From: a virus
Taxonomy: Duplodnaviria > Caudoviricetes
IMG/VR virus record: IMGVR_UViG_3300048606_000075
Coordinates: 1-64,000 of that record
Reading direction: 5' to 3' (one strand)
DNA: 64,000 bases
Under the pieces are notes generated by a model, which was not told where the DNA came from, did not search any database, and saw only the letters and a program-made list of their open reading frames with translations. Positions 54,801 through 64,000 of the stretch are shown here, piece after piece (the stretch's first letter is position 1; each line of letters opens with the position of its first letter). A program made the translations under genes and the position numbers.

Positions 54801-57800
54801 TCGGAACAGGAGCTGTCAAAGGCTTTGAAATCACACTTCCATTTTTAATATTCTTCTGGCCGAGCAAAGAGATAGAATTTGTATTATATTGATCGCCATT
54901 CTTATGGTACTTAGCCCACAACAACTTATGATGACTAGTTAAACCAGTGGGGTTCTGCATGTTAGCGTGATACAAATACGCATTAACAGTATCTTCGTCC
55001 CAACCGGTGTACTGGGACACACCACCCTCGGGCCACGAACCAGGCGGCTCTTTACCTGCGGGAAGCTCACCCGGAATGGCCGGAGCTACGGTCTTCTTGG
55101 TGAACCCGTTCTTGTTGTCTGGATGCAGTGGCGAGCCGGGGTGTCCCATCTTCCCCTTGTGACTCTTAACATTGGACGCCTCGATCTCGTACGCCTTGTC
55201 CCACTCACCTTTAGTCCAATGATCCAACCAAGCAACAACATTGGCTTTGGACTGAGTAGACATGTGCAAGCCAACGGCATGTGGATTAGGCGCCTTCTCA
55301 GCAAGCTGACCTATCTTGTACAATAAGGTAGGCTTATCAAAACTAGCAAAATTAGTATTGCCAGGAACACTGACATTAGGGATGTCAACAGTATTGCTAG
55401 ACAAGTTCGGAGTAGAAGGCTCTGGATCCTGGGGCAACGGGATCGGCTCCGAAACCGGCAGGCCGTCGAACGCACTGTCGAACTGCTTAACAATGCTTGC
55501 TGGTGAGAAATCCTTTAGTAGCTTTCCATCGCCACTTATCGACTGCATATGTCCATCAGGCGTGAACTTGTAATGCTGAACAGCAGGCGGACTAAAATAC
55601 CCATTCTTACCAGCTATGTATATATTCTGATTAAACTTTATAGCCTTCTGAAAACCCTTAGAAAGCGGAGTAGTATTAATGTCCCAAGTATCCTGATATC
55701 CAGCTTTCTTAGCCTTGACGACTAAATCATCCAACTTCTGCTGATCAGGATCCGGAACATTCACGTCCGGCGCCTTCACCTCTGGCTTGTCAGCAGCGTA
55801 TTCCACGGTGTGTGGCTTGAACCCGGCTGAGCCGCCCACCAGATAGGCCGCGAGCGCTTCCGACGACATCGAGTCGGGTCCATCCGGACCCACATGCACA
55901 GTGGATCCATCCCCCAGGGAGTACTCACCGATCAGATGCCCGTGTGAATCTTTGTTGGCACCCTTCATCCAGGAAGGGAGATCTACCTTCTCGGAAGTCG
56001 GAGACTTCCCCATCGACTGGACATGTGGCTTAGCCACATTCACATGGGTCAGCGAGTCACCGAACTCAGCGTCCTGCACCAACACCGAACCATCCGGGAA
56101 CACCGTGACACCGCCAGATTCATCTGGATAGTGTCCGACCTCTACACCATTAACATGAGGCTTACCGTTATCCTCAGATGAATCTGAAATCTTATTCCAG
56201 TTACCACTATCAATAGCTTGCTTTATAACATCAGCAGTAAGATTGGTCTTCTCTTTAGAATGGTGATTTGTCATATAACCAGTGCCGTCTGGATTGACGG
56301 TCAGCGACGAGACGGGAGCACCGGGAGATGTGTACACACCCGGACCAGGCTGATCTGGATCTGCATGCTTCGCGGTATCCGCCTCGATGCCCTTCTCAGG
56401 CTTGGCATCTTCAGGCGCGAAGTGGTCACCAATCTTCGAGATGATTTCCTGCTCAGATAGCGGACCGAAAGAATTGCCTTGATGCTTCGTAACACTGCCG
56501 TCTGGATGAATGTCATAATCTATATCAGCGGCGTTATCCGCATCATCAGAGAAACTAACACCGTGCTCGCTCTTCAATGCACTCTGGAAAGACGCGGCGA
56601 AGCCTTCTGTCTTCTTCAGGGTTGGAGCGGCCTTGGCGGCTTCGATGATTCCGGCGAGCTTCTTGGAAGACGTTCCCGAGACTTCCGTGATCGCCGGCTT
56701 GGCGCTCGAAGCCTCGGGCACAGCTGGCTCGGCATGAGCCGAATCCATCTCATCGGCCTTAGCCTGAAGTATGGTCGCAACAGCATCCTTAAGCTTGCCG
56801 TAGTGAACTTTTCCGTTGCCTCCCTTGTACGGAGCAGACAACGGATCGCTTTCGATATACGCCTTGATATCCACCTTGGACAACGGTGAATTGATGTCCT
56901 TCAACGGACCCTTCACGCCGGTCGACGGAGAGTTCTTCACCGCGTTGGCCGCGTCGATCAGATCTTGCTTAGTAACCTTCTGCCCACCGATGACCAGGTG
57001 ACCCGGAGCGGCCGGAGCCTTGGGTGGGTTCTCCTTCTGGAACGTGATGTCATCGATCTTCTTCTGCACCGCATCGGACAGCGCGGCCTTCATGCCCTGC
57101 GGGTCATCCGGAGCGGGAATGCCCAGCGCCTTGAGCATGGTTCCCGGGCCAGCCTTGGAGAACTCGTTGCCCTTGACCTGAACGGTGTGGCCCTCAGACT
57201 GCGCGCTCTCCGCGTCGACCAGGTTCTTGTACTGCTTGAGCTGATTCAGCGTGCCTGCCGGAACGCCTGGGAGATTCACCTGTGGGGAGGTGTCCTCCAC
57301 CTTCGGGGCGGGGCCCGCCGAGGTGATCGGGGAAGGCTCTGGGCTATCTAAATGCTTGTTCAGTTCCTTATGGATATTGGCGTTCTTCTCGTGCGCTGGT
57401 GCGGGAGAGCCGAACTTATCCCCGGTCATGAAGTCCCAAGACAAGCCCAGGGCCAGCGGGTTGTGTGACATCTCCTTGAGCTTCTGCTTCCAACTGGAAT
57501 CAGTGCTCATGTCAATGCCATCAAAGAACTTCTGCATCTCCAGGATCTGCGCCTGGGTCGCGTTCACACCCCACACATTCTTGGTGGGCTCCGGGGTGGG
57601 GATAGACGGCAGCGGCGTCGCGGGATGCGAAGTCTGGTGCTTGTCCAACGCATCCTGCAGCAACGCAATGACAGCTGGCTTCAACTTGCCGTAGTGAACT
57701 ACTCCGGTGCCGCCCTTAAATGCATCGGTGACGCTAGAGCTATTGGCCAAACCTTGCAGGTCCGCCTTGGCTAACGGGGAGCCGGCCGCCTTGAGCGGCT

Positions 57801-60300
57801 TCTTCACCCCGGTCTCGTTCTTAGGTGAGGCGTTCAGCGCATCCAACGCGGACGAGATCGCCGCAGGCGGATACGGAACGCCGTCCACACTGATGAACCC
57901 GGGGCCGTTGTTCTTGTGGCTATGGCCGTTGGCCTCCGGATCAACGGCATGCAGAGCACTGTGGATCGCTTCATGATCGGCGTGGCCCAGCGAGCCCTGG
58001 TGGTCCTTGAGACCGTGATTCTCCTCCAGGTGGGCAACGGCGGGCGCCTCCGACTTAGGCGTGGATCCGGTGGACGCGAGCGCGTCCTTCAGCACGTGGA
58101 TCAGCGCTGGCTTTGTCTTGTTATTGTAGTACGCCTTGAACGGCGCGGCGACCGCGTGGAAATTGCCGGCCGCGAGCGGAGAACCGACCTTCTTCAGGTC
58201 TCCCGCCACGTTGCCAGACGGGTTGTCCTCCAGCGCGTGGATCGCGTTCTGCAGCTGGCCCGAGGTCATCTCGAAGCCGCCGACCAGCGCCTTACCGGTA
58301 CCCGGAGCGGGCATTGAGTCCTTGATCGAGTCGCCATCACCCGAGACGTTGTTGAGCTTGGCGATCTGCGATGCGCGAGCGGACGGGTTGTCCGGCCCAC
58401 CGATCTTGGTGGCCTGCACGCCCGCGCCCTGCGGGTTGTACTTGATCAGGTCTCCGTCAGGGTTCAGGACATAGAGCGTGTCCTTGGACTTGCCTGACTT
58501 GTAGACCTGGGCACCCTCCTTGACCTGCACCGAGTGCTCACCAACGGAGAACAGCGACGGTCCACCCGAGACCGCGTCTCCGTGCCCGCCATCGGGTGCC
58601 TCAGCCTTGGTCGAAGCGGAAGCGCTTGCGCTGCTCTCGCCGGCCCCAGCGCCTGCTCCCGCGTCGCCTTCCGAGACATGGCCAGAGTCGGCCGAGACAG
58701 ATCCGGAATCGCTTGAAGCTGACCCGGAGTCGCCAGAAGACTTGTCTTTCTCAGCCTTCTTCTGCGCGTCCATTTCATCAAGCTTCTTGTGCCAGTCACT
58801 CTTAAAGCCCTCTGGCTCAGTCTCAACAGTCTTGCCTAAATACCCCTTAGCAATTTGCTTAATAGCTGTCTCTTTGAGTGGAATAGACTTCTCAAAGTTC
58901 TTAGAATGCAGTCTTCCGGTACCGTTATCGTGAACTTCAACGCCGCCATGAGAAGGGTGATTAGGGGTCAGATAGTGCCCAGGCGGGAGGGTGCCCTGCT
59001 TCTTCTGATCCTCGGTCGGCTCCAGCACGGGACCCGGACCGTCCGGATCAGGGACATCGGGATCGTCCGAAATCTTCTTCACGTTGCCGTGAGAATCGTG
59101 CAAAGTTAAGAACTGCGCAGTGCTCGCAGCATCAGCATCTTCGGTCTTGCCCTTATGAATGGACGTAGAAGTACCATCCTGATGCACAACAGTATGTGTG
59201 TCATCATCACTACCAGGAAGATCCACACTATAAGTGCCGGGCTTCCACGTCAAATCAGGCTTACCACCCTTGGGGGTGGCGGCCTTCGCTCCCTGTGCCT
59301 TAGCCGACAACGCCTTGGCTTGCTGTGGAGTCACAGACTTGACCTTCATAGCCGGAGCTGCGCTCTCCGGAATCTTCAGACCAGTCTGCGTGTCATAATA
59401 GTAACCAGAAACCTGCTGAACCTTGCCATCAACCACGCGCGTATAAGCACCAACATGCACGATAGTGGCAGCTATGTACTGCGAGCGATCCTTCTCGGAT
59501 GCGCTCACGAACCACTCGGCGTACGCGCGCATGCTCGCGGGCGAGGCACCGGAGCCGGACAGCGAGATCTGATCGGGGAAAATCATCACCAGACTGCACC
59601 GACAGTTCGGATGTCTCGGCGGACCTTCCAGCTTGCCCAGATAGGCAGCCGGCTCAGAAGCCGGTACAGGGAATGCATCACCCAACGGCACATGCACCCC
59701 GTGCAAGCGCAGACACAGCCCACACGGCGGCGTCAGCAGGTCGAATCGAGCCACCCAGAGCTTGTGCATCTCCGCGCCCAAGGACTCCACCACCGAGGCG
59801 AACACCAGCTCGGTAGCCACCCCACGGCCAGACTGCACCGCTGACACCACGGCGAGCACCGCACGGCGGCGCAGCTCTACCGAGATCTCATCCCTGGTAC
59901 CGCCGGCCTTCACCACAGCAACTTGCCCAACGAGAAAATCTTTAATTATCTTGTCTATGATATCCGAATTAGGAATATCAATCTGAGAAGGTGCATCGAT
60001 CGAAAGCACGCTAAGCTGTTGTTGCGCGAACCTGGTGCCCTCCTCCAACCCGGAGGACCACGCACGCCGGATCAGCGCGACCGCCGCCGCGAGCAACACG
60101 GCCGTGAGAATCGGAGAAGGATCGTCCTCCTCATCCTCCGAACCACCCGCTACAGCCACCTCCACCACCGGATAGAGCTGCTGCACCTGAGCAACAAGCT
60201 GATCCTCAGCCGTCATCGACTGAGCGCGAGACTGATCCACAAGCTGTAGCTGTTGGATCAAGTCTTGCTCGGTTTGAATGACCTGAACCGGAGCGGTCAC
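51820..60300 (-). CDS. giant MuF-family minor head protein with repeats, HipA/PI3-4K-like kinase domain and C-terminal ART-like domain (2826 aa)
   Basis: N-terminal CGLCLRLHG..GPPRHPNCRC (MuF) between portal and protease; LFK..AEIE..NDDAHDDNFLL..IPIDIARAF; THS..GGLLS..VFTR..NETLIK. Confidence 0.8.
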   Translation of the reverse strand: MTAPVQVIQTEQDLIQQLQLVDQSRAQSMTAEDQLVAQVQQLYPVVEVAVAGGSEDEEDDPSPILTAVLLAAAVALIRRAWSSGLEEGTRFAQQQLSVLSIDAPSQIDIPNSDIIDKIIKDFLVGQVAVVKAGGTRDEISVELRRRAVLAVVSAVQSGRGVATELVFASVVESLGAEMHKLWVARFDLLTPPCGLCLRLHGVHVPLGDAFPVPASEPAAYLGKLEGPPRHPNCRCSLVMIFPDQISLSGSGASPASMRAYAEWFVSASEKDRSQYIAATIVHVGAYTRVVDGKVQQVSGYYYDTQTGLKIPESAAPAMKVKSVTPQQAKALSAKAQGAKAATPKGGKPDLTWKPGTYSVDLPGSDDDTHTVVHQDGTSTSIHKGKTEDADAASTAQFLTLHDSHGNVKKISDDPDVPDPDGPGPVLEPTEDQKKQGTLPPGHYLTPNHPSHGGVEVHDNGTGRLHSKNFEKSIPLKETAIKQIAKGYLGKTVETEPEGFKSDWHKKLDEMDAQKKAEKDKSSGDSGSASSDSGSVSADSGHVSEGDAGAGAGAGESSASASASTKAEAPDGGHGDAVSGGPSLFSVGEHSVQVKEGAQVYKSGKSKDTLYVLNPDGDLIKYNPQGAGVQATKIGGPDNPSARASQIAKLNNVSGDGDSIKDSMPAPGTGKALVGGFEMTSGQLQNAIHALEDNPSGNVAGDLKKVGSPLAAGNFHAVAAPFKAYYNNKTKPALIHVLKDALASTGSTPKSEAPAVAHLEENHGLKDHQGSLGHADHEAIHSALHAVDPEANGHSHKNNGPGFISVDGVPYPPAAISSALDALNASPKNETGVKKPLKAAGSPLAKADLQGLANSSSVTDAFKGGTGVVHYGKLKPAVIALLQDALDKHQTSHPATPLPSIPTPEPTKNVWGVNATQAQILEMQKFFDGIDMSTDSSWKQKLKEMSHNPLALGLSWDFMTGDKFGSPAPAHEKNANIHKELNKHLDSPEPSPITSAGPAPKVEDTSPQVNLPGVPAGTLNQLKQYKNLVDAESAQSEGHTVQVKGNEFSKAGPGTMLKALGIPAPDDPQGMKAALSDAVQKKIDDITFQKENPPKAPAAPGHLVIGGQKVTKQDLIDAANAVKNSPSTGVKGPLKDINSPLSKVDIKAYIESDPLSAPYKGGNGKVHYGKLKDAVATILQAKADEMDSAHAEPAVPEASSAKPAITEVSGTSSKKLAGIIEAAKAAPTLKKTEGFAASFQSALKSEHGVSFSDDADNAADIDYDIHPDGSVTKHQGNSFGPLSEQEIISKIGDHFAPEDAKPEKGIEADTAKHADPDQPGPGVYTSPGAPVSSLTVNPDGTGYMTNHHSKEKTNLTADVIKQAIDSGNWNKISDSSEDNGKPHVNGVEVGHYPDESGGVTVFPDGSVLVQDAEFGDSLTHVNVAKPHVQSMGKSPTSEKVDLPSWMKGANKDSHGHLIGEYSLGDGSTVHVGPDGPDSMSSEALAAYLVGGSAGFKPHTVEYAADKPEVKAPDVNVPDPDQQKLDDLVVKAKKAGYQDTWDINTTPLSKGFQKAIKFNQNIYIAGKNGYFSPPAVQHYKFTPDGHMQSISGDGKLLKDFSPASIVKQFDSAFDGLPVSEPIPLPQDPEPSTPNLSSNTVDIPNVSVPGNTNFASFDKPTLLYKIGQLAEKAPNPHAVGLHMSTQSKANVVAWLDHWTKGEWDKAYEIEASNVKSHKGKMGHPGSPLHPDNKNGFTKKTVAPAIPGELPAGKEPPGSWPEGGVSQYTGWDEDTVNAYLYHANMQNPTGLTSHHKLLWAKYHKNGDQYNTNSISLLGQKNIKNGSVISKPLTAPVPTYGPGQVVPLPHDFPSIDLSKKAAVNLDDSQANTYLDKMGTPKVASFLKKQSLQTKQELISLHAVSAATSNDNTFKEPAVAKKQLGDLLTSIKSSSHWDENSTKELMYSVLSEGANKTFTKDAKQPPLAGHSTIYHVSDENGNPFLFKVAPEPFRAEIEHAAHQLAQLAGIQVATSQLGKFEGQFGQFQAKVPSQSTLKGVSPTSLPVSALKNLMQAHVQDYVTSNDDAHDDNFLLSPDGKHVIPIDIARAFVRFGQPGAVTLKQGQLSNWEQPYYQKVYDAVLAKKLPDASVDELYRASMNQARKTAAVPDKSWSDAMDVGLKNRTNFGMTSAKNKDDLIKQALARKNGLEGEFQKFWDDIYSKLGREKPAPGSNMSKWVHSGFTSEYLDHAEEMGNHGAATFFAGAVLEDGHLLSQVIGKKDGSGKELHISGQLLQQADGNFRAWLEAHVSNDLSGATFDTSTASPEQKFLTDAGLTVFPSAILLAGKTVSHHNKMGDKNYNTMHMEKFEDLKFKLEKKQNDLNGGKVPDAFKDWPEAQLEYANALDFYESQMKKVDDLKATNGQSKMGDFSEYKPTVPPAKVLDNPIDLNKNKPIKVVKKKPVLENSDIGPDGKLTLNGKTGSQGQTGTAYEITLPDGTVINYKSWHPHSNVAKAQHGQLSIKVRDYDGTPTAANEARAALAGMNLDLQDATKDDLQLQYWRSLYGSMGQRSDGKQGIYGEIDKFVAEEIPGGAAGTPAMSAQEELAKWHEAWSRLDKTKFNTFLHEQRYMPRFGRVNPAAPQLFGGQPYWRRFDIDDDWLRQQSMPTHSLSNPSIAPLLVKAGGLLSTENRMQLLGRFIGGASSEADQSHGSSNFVFTRLNGVSPHAQILLSTEVLARTSNYSYGGDNFGEIDNKKSSAHFNMKKQLSHTGSSNETLIKNTVSLLDDIEMITFANQADRQEAIAYLHSHGVTEIRGLPIEDRLVLPANRASALHKIKEHQLTWNPEDEL

Positions 60301-61943
60301 TAGACACTCAACTCACTTAGAGCAGCAGTCACCGCATCCTGATCTGCGGATGTCAACGCCAAAACCTCAGGGTCCAGCCACGCCCGAGCGCTGGGCAATC
60401 CGTCCGCGCTCAACTGCGACGGCAGAGCCGGCAAGTTCGTCGGGGCCGATCCTCCAGCGGGCAGCGCGGGGGCTCCACCCGGAGCGCCTCCAGGCATGCC
60501 AGGCGGCTGCTTGCCGGGGATGAACTGCATGTTCGCCGGGACACCGGGCTGCTGATCGGCCGGGACGGTGGGCAGCGGCTGGAACGGCGGCTCCGCCAGC
60601 GGCGGGCCCTGCCCCTCCATGAAGAACTTGAGAGTCTCCTCGGTCTGCTTGTCGAGAGCCTTCTCCAGCTCCTCGTACTCGATATCCAGACCCATCTCCC
60701 CGGCCATGTACTTCTCCAGCTCCAACAGGAACTTTCGAGTCACGTTCGCGCCGGTACCGATAGACGAAAGCTTATCAAACGTTGTCTTGATAGCTTCCTT
60801 CTGCTCTTCGGAGAAGGGTCCGAACTTCAGCGTTGGATACTTATCATTGCCGAAATTCCAGTCCACAAAACGTGGGGTGAGCCAGTCGTTAAAGACGGCT
60901 TCCAGCTCGGCGATGATGACATTGACCAGCACCAGGTACATGGAGTCGTTGGGGCCGCCGAAGCTAACCAACGGCGAGCCGCCACCCTGTTGGTCATCCA
61001 AGAACGGCGCCAGCACCGACTTAGACATCTGGCTGTTGTGGTGGTTGATGAAGTCCATGAACGGGAAGTCACCGAGCGACTTGCCCAGATCCTCCACCGA
61101 CCACCCGACATCCGGCACGGTCATCGACTGGGCGAGACCGAAGTCCGCCAGTCCGCGCCGGAACTCTAGAAGCTCGTTCGGGTGCGCATTCTTGGGGTAC
61201 TTACCCAGCCGAGAGCCCACGGCCCGGTGCTGCGCGGCGAGGTGCGCCAGGTAGTACAGCTTGATCTTTTTGTCATAGTGATAGAACGCGGCATTGAAGT
61301 AGGAGACACCGTAGAACGGATTCTCCTCTTCCGAGCAGGAATAATAGATCGAAGTCTTAGCGTCGATGTGTTCGTCAATTACTTTGCCGTTAGGCGTGAC
61401 AGTACGCTGTCTAAACCCGTCATAGTCACCTTGCTCTGTCACCACGAAAGATACAGTGTCAGATGGGCGGTACGCAATTTTGTCTAGTGTGTACTTGCCC
61501 TTGAGTGGGCCCTTCTTGGGCCGCGTATAGACCAGCTCGAACGGGGAGAACCCGTCCACCGTGGCCAGCAGCATCTGCGAGACCACCCGAGTGAACGGGG
61601 TCTTCATGCCGCCGTTCACCGCCGGCAGGGTGAACAGCTGGGTGACGAATTCCGCCTCTTTGTCCCCACCATCAGCGGGGATCCACGTGGCGCGCTTCGC
61701 GGCTGCCCGGGCAGGCATGGTGAGCAGCCGAAACAGCGCGCGGGCCTGCCCATCCTGGCGGCGCATCTCGGTGAGCTGCTTGACCGAGGGAACATCGGTC
61801 CGGCCCAGCGTGAACGACTTGCCGTATTGATCAAAAGCCTCAGCGAAAGGCATGCCGGCAAGCCGGACACCCATCTCCTGATTTAGATCCTTGGCTGTCG
61901 GCTTGGCCATTTCCAAGACGCCGTCATTCTTGGCCACCAACAA
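60300..61943 (-). CDS. portal protein (Mu gp29/DUF935-like)
   Basis: Follows terminase; EMRRQDGQARA, GFSPFELVY, NPFYGVSYF, HHNSQMSKSVLAPFL, WLTPRFVDWNFG. Confidence 0.88.
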   Translation of the reverse strand: MLVAKNDGVLEMAKPTAKDLNQEMGVRLAGMPFAEAFDQYGKSFTLGRTDVPSVKQLTEMRRQDGQARALFRLLTMPARAAAKRATWIPADGGDKEAEFVTQLFTLPAVNGGMKTPFTRVVSQMLLATVDGFSPFELVYTRPKKGPLKGKYTLDKIAYRPSDTVSFVVTEQGDYDGFRQRTVTPNGKVIDEHIDAKTSIYYSCSEEENPFYGVSYFNAAFYHYDKKIKLYYLAHLAAQHRAVGSRLGKYPKNAHPNELLEFRRGLADFGLAQSMTVPDVGWSVEDLGKSLGDFPFMDFINHHNSQMSKSVLAPFLDDQQGGGSPLVSFGGPNDSMYLVLVNVIIAELEAVFNDWLTPRFVDWNFGNDKYPTLKFGPFSEEQKEAIKTTFDKLSSIGTGANVTRKFLLELEKYMAGEMGLDIEYEELEKALDKQTEETLKFFMEGQGPPLAEPPFQPLPTVPADQQPGVPANMQFIPGKQPPGMPGGAPGGAPALPAGGSAPTNLPALPSQLSADGLPSARAWLDPEVLALTSADQDAVTAALSELSV

Positions 61944-61953
61944 CCTCCACTAA

Positions 61954-63861
61954 CTATAAACCTGGTAACTTCATAGCACCAGGTCGAAGCATGCTGCCCC
62001 ACACACCCTCAGCGCCTACAGGTGCTTCACCGACTAAACCTGAAGTCCAGAACAGCGAACTAGAAGAGTCTTCGTCCCGGTTCGTCGTCGACTCCGAGCC
62101 GCCCGTCGTCACGGCGGTGATGGCCGCACCGCACACCGCATCGGCGAGATCCTTGGACCCGCCGGGCGGGTGGTCAATCTTGCGCTTCTTAGGATCCTGC
62201 TGAAGGTGTAGCAGCTCGTTACGAAGTAACTTAGAGAATGGAATTTCAATTCTTCCGGATTCTATCAGTTGTCGGAGCTGTCGATAAGGCTCTTCCGTCC
62301 GGTCCATAGACAGCAACGGAGCTTCGATGCCGCCGACCTCCAAGATCTGGCGGCTATCCACCGACTGCCACCCATCCATGGAAGCGGCCATGATCGAAAA
62401 ACCACGCTGCTGCAGCTCGAACACCAGCTGGCGATAGAACCGAAGCTGGATCTCCCGAGGTGGGTCCGCGTCCAGGTCCGCGTCCAGCGCCAGAGCGGCG
62501 TCCACCTTGACGACAGGCTCCTCATCCCATTCGATGATCCTGCCTGTATCGATGTCTCGCTTAGCGTACTTATCCCACACCACCACGTGCGCCAACGCGA
62601 ACCCGGCGCGGTCTCCGTTCAGCGCGAGGTCGCAGTGTGTCGCATAAACAGCACCATCAGCCGGCTGCAGGGACTGCGGGATGACGAACCGGGGGTGCCA
62701 GGCGCCTCGGGCGTACTCCCAATGCACCTCGATATCCGGCGTGTCTACCATCGCCGAGTCCACCGCGTTCTCCGAGCGGAAGTACGGCGGCAACATGGTG
62801 CGCTCGGGCATGCACAGATAGGCGGCACGGGCCCACGCCGGCTCTCGCTCGAAGTCCGCCACCAACTCCTCGGGCACTGGCACCGGAGAGATGGTGGGAT
62901 CTAACGTCTTGAATGTAGTACGCGCCAACAGTGGATTAAAATTCCACGATGGCATAGGACCAATGATGAAATGCTTAGACTCGTCTCCCTTTGCCTCGAT
63001 ATCATCCTTAGACTCCTCGTGCAACTGCAAGATAGGAGATCCGTGATACCGAGGATACGAAATACGGACATTCTTAAATGTCCGTGGGAAACGAGTCACA
63101 GAGGATGACCGGAGCATCTTGATGATGCCCTCCGCCGAGCGCATCGGAGTGCGCGTACTGCCACCACCGGTGCGGGCGATGTCCTCCGCTGTGCGGAAGG
63201 CATCGATCTCATCCGCCACACCGAGGATCAGGTTCAGGCCCTCCTGGGTCTCCGCATCGCTAGACCCAGAGACGGACGCGAGCCCGCCCTGCCATTCGAT
63301 CGTGTTCTTAAGTGGATTGCACTTATCTCTGAACCAGCCTCTGCGCACGATACGTGTCATAGGCTCGAAGTACGCTCGACGTGCCTGGTCCTTGGTCGAG
63401 GCCACGTTGAGCATGTGGATGGACTCGCTGTCCGGCATACCAAAGTAGCCACGCGGGTCTTTCAGGCATAACAGCAGGTACGCGATACGCAACGCCATGA
63501 GCCGGGCGATCAAGTCCTTGCCACCGCCCTTACCTACCAGCAAGGTCAGGAAGTTCTTCATCGGGATCGGCGCCCAGTAGTCGCCGAACTCTTCCTGCAT
63601 GAGTGGGTACAGCTCGGGATAGAACACCCGCTCCGCGACCCGGAGAGCGGTCGCCTGTGGGGCCGACAGCGGGGACATGCCGATGAACTTCTTGTCTTGG
63701 ATGAAGACATCCAGGGTCACCGGCTCTTCCGCGAACAGGTCATCCACCGCCGCACGGGCGGTGGACATGCCGGTGGTGTCACCCTCGTTGGCCAGCGACA
63801 TCAGCCAGGCACTGGGTGAAACCGAGTCAGGCTGCTCTAGGGCACGTCGACGTGGAGGCAT
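61954..63861 (-). CDS. terL: terminase large subunit
   Basis: Walker A GKGGGKD, Walker B ADEID, nuclease acidic residues HCDLA, MDGWQS, KDLADA; start moved to ATG 63861 (GGAG SD). Confidence 0.9.
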   Translation of the reverse strand: MPPRRRALEQPDSVSPSAWLMSLANEGDTTGMSTARAAVDDLFAEEPVTLDVFIQDKKFIGMSPLSAPQATALRVAERVFYPELYPLMQEEFGDYWAPIPMKNFLTLLVGKGGGKDLIARLMALRIAYLLLCLKDPRGYFGMPDSESIHMLNVASTKDQARRAYFEPMTRIVRRGWFRDKCNPLKNTIEWQGGLASVSGSSDAETQEGLNLILGVADEIDAFRTAEDIARTGGGSTRTPMRSAEGIIKMLRSSSVTRFPRTFKNVRISYPRYHGSPILQLHEESKDDIEAKGDESKHFIIGPMPSWNFNPLLARTTFKTLDPTISPVPVPEELVADFEREPAWARAAYLCMPERTMLPPYFRSENAVDSAMVDTPDIEVHWEYARGAWHPRFVIPQSLQPADGAVYATHCDLALNGDRAGFALAHVVVWDKYAKRDIDTGRIIEWDEEPVVKVDAALALDADLDADPPREIQLRFYRQLVFELQQRGFSIMAASMDGWQSVDSRQILEVGGIEAPLLSMDRTEEPYRQLRQLIESGRIEIPFSKLLRNELLHLQQDPKKRKIDHPPGGSKDLADAVCGAAITAVTTGGSESTTNRDEDSSSSLFWTSGLVGEAPVGAEGVWGSMLRPGAMKLPGL

Positions 63862-63881
63862 GCTCCAGTCTTCGCGCAGGG

Positions 63882-64000
63882 TCAGATGGCCCAGCCCGGG
63901 AGCCAGCCTGGAGGAGGCGACCACATGTTCTGGAAGGCTTCTAGCACCGTGGCGGGGAACGGATCCTTCGAACCAGCACGAGCCGCGACAAACGCCTCCG
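63882..64000 (-). CDS. 3' end of an upstream ORF (partial)
   Basis: Open frame ...EAFVAARAGSKDPFPATVLEAFQNMWSPPPGWLPGWAI* runs off the window edge. Confidence 0.35.
   Translation of the reverse strand, partial: EAFVAARAGSKDPFPATVLEAFQNMWSPPPGWLPGWAI

Noticed and set aside
181-63448. Plus-strand ORFs in the track (e.g. 45665..46531, 48199..49080, 53449..54390, 22694..23482)
   Set aside because: They are antisense shadows of well-supported minus-strand genes in GC-rich DNA, with no recognisable motifs
1-64000. Prophage boundary or integration module
   Set aside because: No integrase, repressor or host housekeeping genes in the window, so lifestyle cannot be determined

Overview
The whole window is one contiguous stretch of a tailed bacteriophage genome, most likely a siphovirus of an actinomycete host (inferred from GC-rich codons, an actinobacterial-type NrdJ and an RHRK-leader NlpC/P60). 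Every credible gene is on the minus strand. In transcription order (right to left): terminase large subunit, Mu-type portal, a 2826-aa MuF minor head protein with an internal atypical kinase-like domain and a C-terminal ADP-ribosyltransferase-like domain, two small ORFs and a terminator. Then come protease/scaffold, decoration protein, major capsid protein and a ~7.3 kb island of small non-structural genes with a tRNA-like element. Holin, head-tail connectors, a GT4 glycosyltransferase, major tail protein, frameshifted chaperones, a 2545-aa tape measure and minor tail proteins follow, and then three tandem ~1205-aa paralogous tail fibres. The left end has a zincin-like protein, NlpC/P60, SNF2 helicase, class II RNR, a WhiG/FliA-like sigma factor and a second run of small genes. 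Main highlights: (1) the giant MuF-kinase-ART cassette with candidate immunity genes; (2) a GGTAnnAC-N6-start motif before at least 17 small genes, plus a separate GCCGAA(T/G)A motif in late-gene gaps, suggesting two classes of leaderless promoters; (3) the 1:1:1 fibre triplet with patchwork GC content. No host genes, integrase, CRISPR array or reverse transcriptase were seen. Domain calls come from motifs read by eye, not database searches.
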